In this document: piece by piece, positions 62,383 through 64,000 of the stretch
Numbering within the stretch: the stretch's first letter is position 1
How the letters are laid out: every line of letters begins with the position of its first letter
Assembly (NCBI GenBank): GCA_965655095.1
Contig: OZ296650.1
Span: 62,868,001-62,932,000, forward strand
DNA: 64,000 nucleotides
Direction: 5' to 3'
From: Haplodiscus bocki
Lineage: Eukaryota
Made by a program: the position numbers and the translations under genes
Notes under the pieces: generated by a model
What the model was told of the DNA's origin: nothing
The model's database searches: none
Seen by the model: the letters and a program-made list of their open reading frames with translations, nothing else

Positions 62383-62995
62383 TCAAAATTTTTTGTATTC
62401 AAAGTCTTGTTTCGCCGTAAGTACAGGTATGATTTCTGTCAAAAAGATTCCAACGGAAAAGTGAACTTTCAGAGAAACATTTGTTGACACAGTTTTTGAT
62501 TTAGATCCTGCCGTCGATTTCCTGGAGGTCCAAAAATAGAGAAGAGTTATCAAACTTGACTTATCAGTTTTTTCAAACTCTTTCCCGTCCATAACTACAG
62601 ACTTGACTTCATCAAAAAAGGTCGCAATCAGAAGCATTAAACTTTTATTGACTGAGGTTGAAAAATTTGCGGATTCTGTTCATGGGATTGGAATCTTGAT
62701 AGTCCGTATTCCCAAAAGATGCTTTTTTGTATGCTTCATTTCGATATTCGAACTCGTCTTTTACCGTAACTGCAAGCTTGATTTCTAGTCGTCCTTTCTC
62801 ATCCGTAAGTTTTACTTTCGTGCAGAAGTACTCAAAAGGAGAACTTTTGTTGTGACCTTCACCTTAGAATTTTCATAGTCCAAAGCTGAAACTGTGCTAA
62901 CACTTTTCAAACAGCTCCGAAAACAGTTTCTTACTTCTCCGCAACTGCCTGTTTGGTTTCTTTTATGAAGGTCTATATGAAAAGATATACACCTG
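62383..62995 (-). pseudogene. Heavily decayed coding-like remnant, weakly reminiscent of a MATH-BTB junction
   Basis: LLHESKLTDEKGRLEIKLAVTVK...NASDCDLF...DGKEF, with many stops and frameshifts; pattern-level resemblance only. Confidence 0.2.
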
Positions 62996-64000
62996 TGAAC
63001 AAAAGTTCGAGTTACAGGTCATGTAAATTTTTTGAAGGAGTATTTTGACAAACCGGGGACTCCAAAATAAACCATTAATTTTTTCATCACGAGATATATT
63101 TTTTTCCTAATTATCCGTATGTACCAGTTGAGCATCTTCCATTAAGCTCTGAATGAACAGACCTCTAATTTTTGTTGTATTTTAATGTAACAAAGGATCA
63201 ATTTCGTTCTTTGCGTCGAAATATTGATATTCCAAGACGCCCCAACTGCTCTGAAGAAAAGTAAATTGCCATCTTCTTAGACTTAAATCTGCATAACTAC
63301 AGTTTCAATACAACCCACCAAAATCGCATTTGAGAAATTTCCATTTTTTGAAGGACAGTAGTGGCAATAGGTAATCAGTTCCCTCCCTGATTTGCATTTG
63401 TACTACTCCAATGATGCCAATTTTTCTTTGACAGGGAGTCATTGCGATTTTCAAACTAGTGTTTTTCTCACCATTGACTTGATATCGCTCTTCGAGGTCT
63501 CAAGATAAAACTTTGAAATCTTGTTGGAGAGTTGAAAAATATATCATTTTTCCTCCGTGCAATGGATTTTTGATGGAGCAAAAGATCTGGTCAGTGCTGT
63601 AAGTCTCGATTTCTCTCGTTATTCAGATTTTTTTTTTCAGCTCTACTTGCTTTAATCTACCATCAAGGAGTCAATCGATAGTTTTGCAGCTGAAGCAAAA
63701 AGTTTGTTTCTAATTATCATGGAACTTCTCCTCTATATCGGAATTGGAGTAGCAATTAACGAGAAAAGACAAATGAGCAATGGTAATGAGATAGTTCAAG
63801 GTCCCAACTTGTCCTTCTCGACAACTACAGATTTGAATTCTGCTATCGAGGTCTGAATTGACTGTTATACATTTTTTACTGTTTCTCAGGTGGAAGGAAG
63901 TCACATTGTGTCTCTTCGATTGGAACTTTCATTGGCTGATTTCGCAAAAAGGTCCAACTTTAATTTTTGCTTCTGTCGTTTATCAAGCTCAATAATTGCA

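Noticed and set aside
60500-64000. Intact host gene in the last 3.5 kb
   Set aside because: Only short stop-ridden frames without convincing motifs or a consistent splice structure.

Overview
Repeat-rich animal (invertebrate) genomic DNA; all calls come from reading and translating by eye, with no database search. (1) 1-22398 is a tandem array of ~8.4 near-identical ~2.65-kb units cut from the middle of a Maverick/Polinton (adintovirus-like) element. (2) 22399-32638 is a decayed Maverick arm with packaging ATPase, integrase, minor capsid, basic core protein, major capsid, cysteine protease and a probable ...ACTACT terminus. (3) Next are a CRE-clade retroposon remnant and the first coding exon of a host Orai (CRAC channel) gene on the minus strand. 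(4) 37642-52330 is the most interesting feature: a 14.7-kb minus-strand Ty3/gypsy element with 413-bp LTRs, a -1 gag-pol frameshift and a spliced class-I-fusion env. It also carries an unusual accessory set: a TARG1/OARD1-type macrodomain at the end of Pol, two diverged paralogous small ORFs, and an antisense JmjC-type Fe(II)/2-oxoglutarate dioxygenase ORF with an intact H-x-E...H triad. This resembles a complex retrovirus-like element carrying candidate counter-defence enzymes. (5) The remainder holds a duplicated RTE-like LINE fragment, a probable HINE, a CR1-group LINE bracketed by an inverted copy of its own 3' end, and unresolved decayed sequence.
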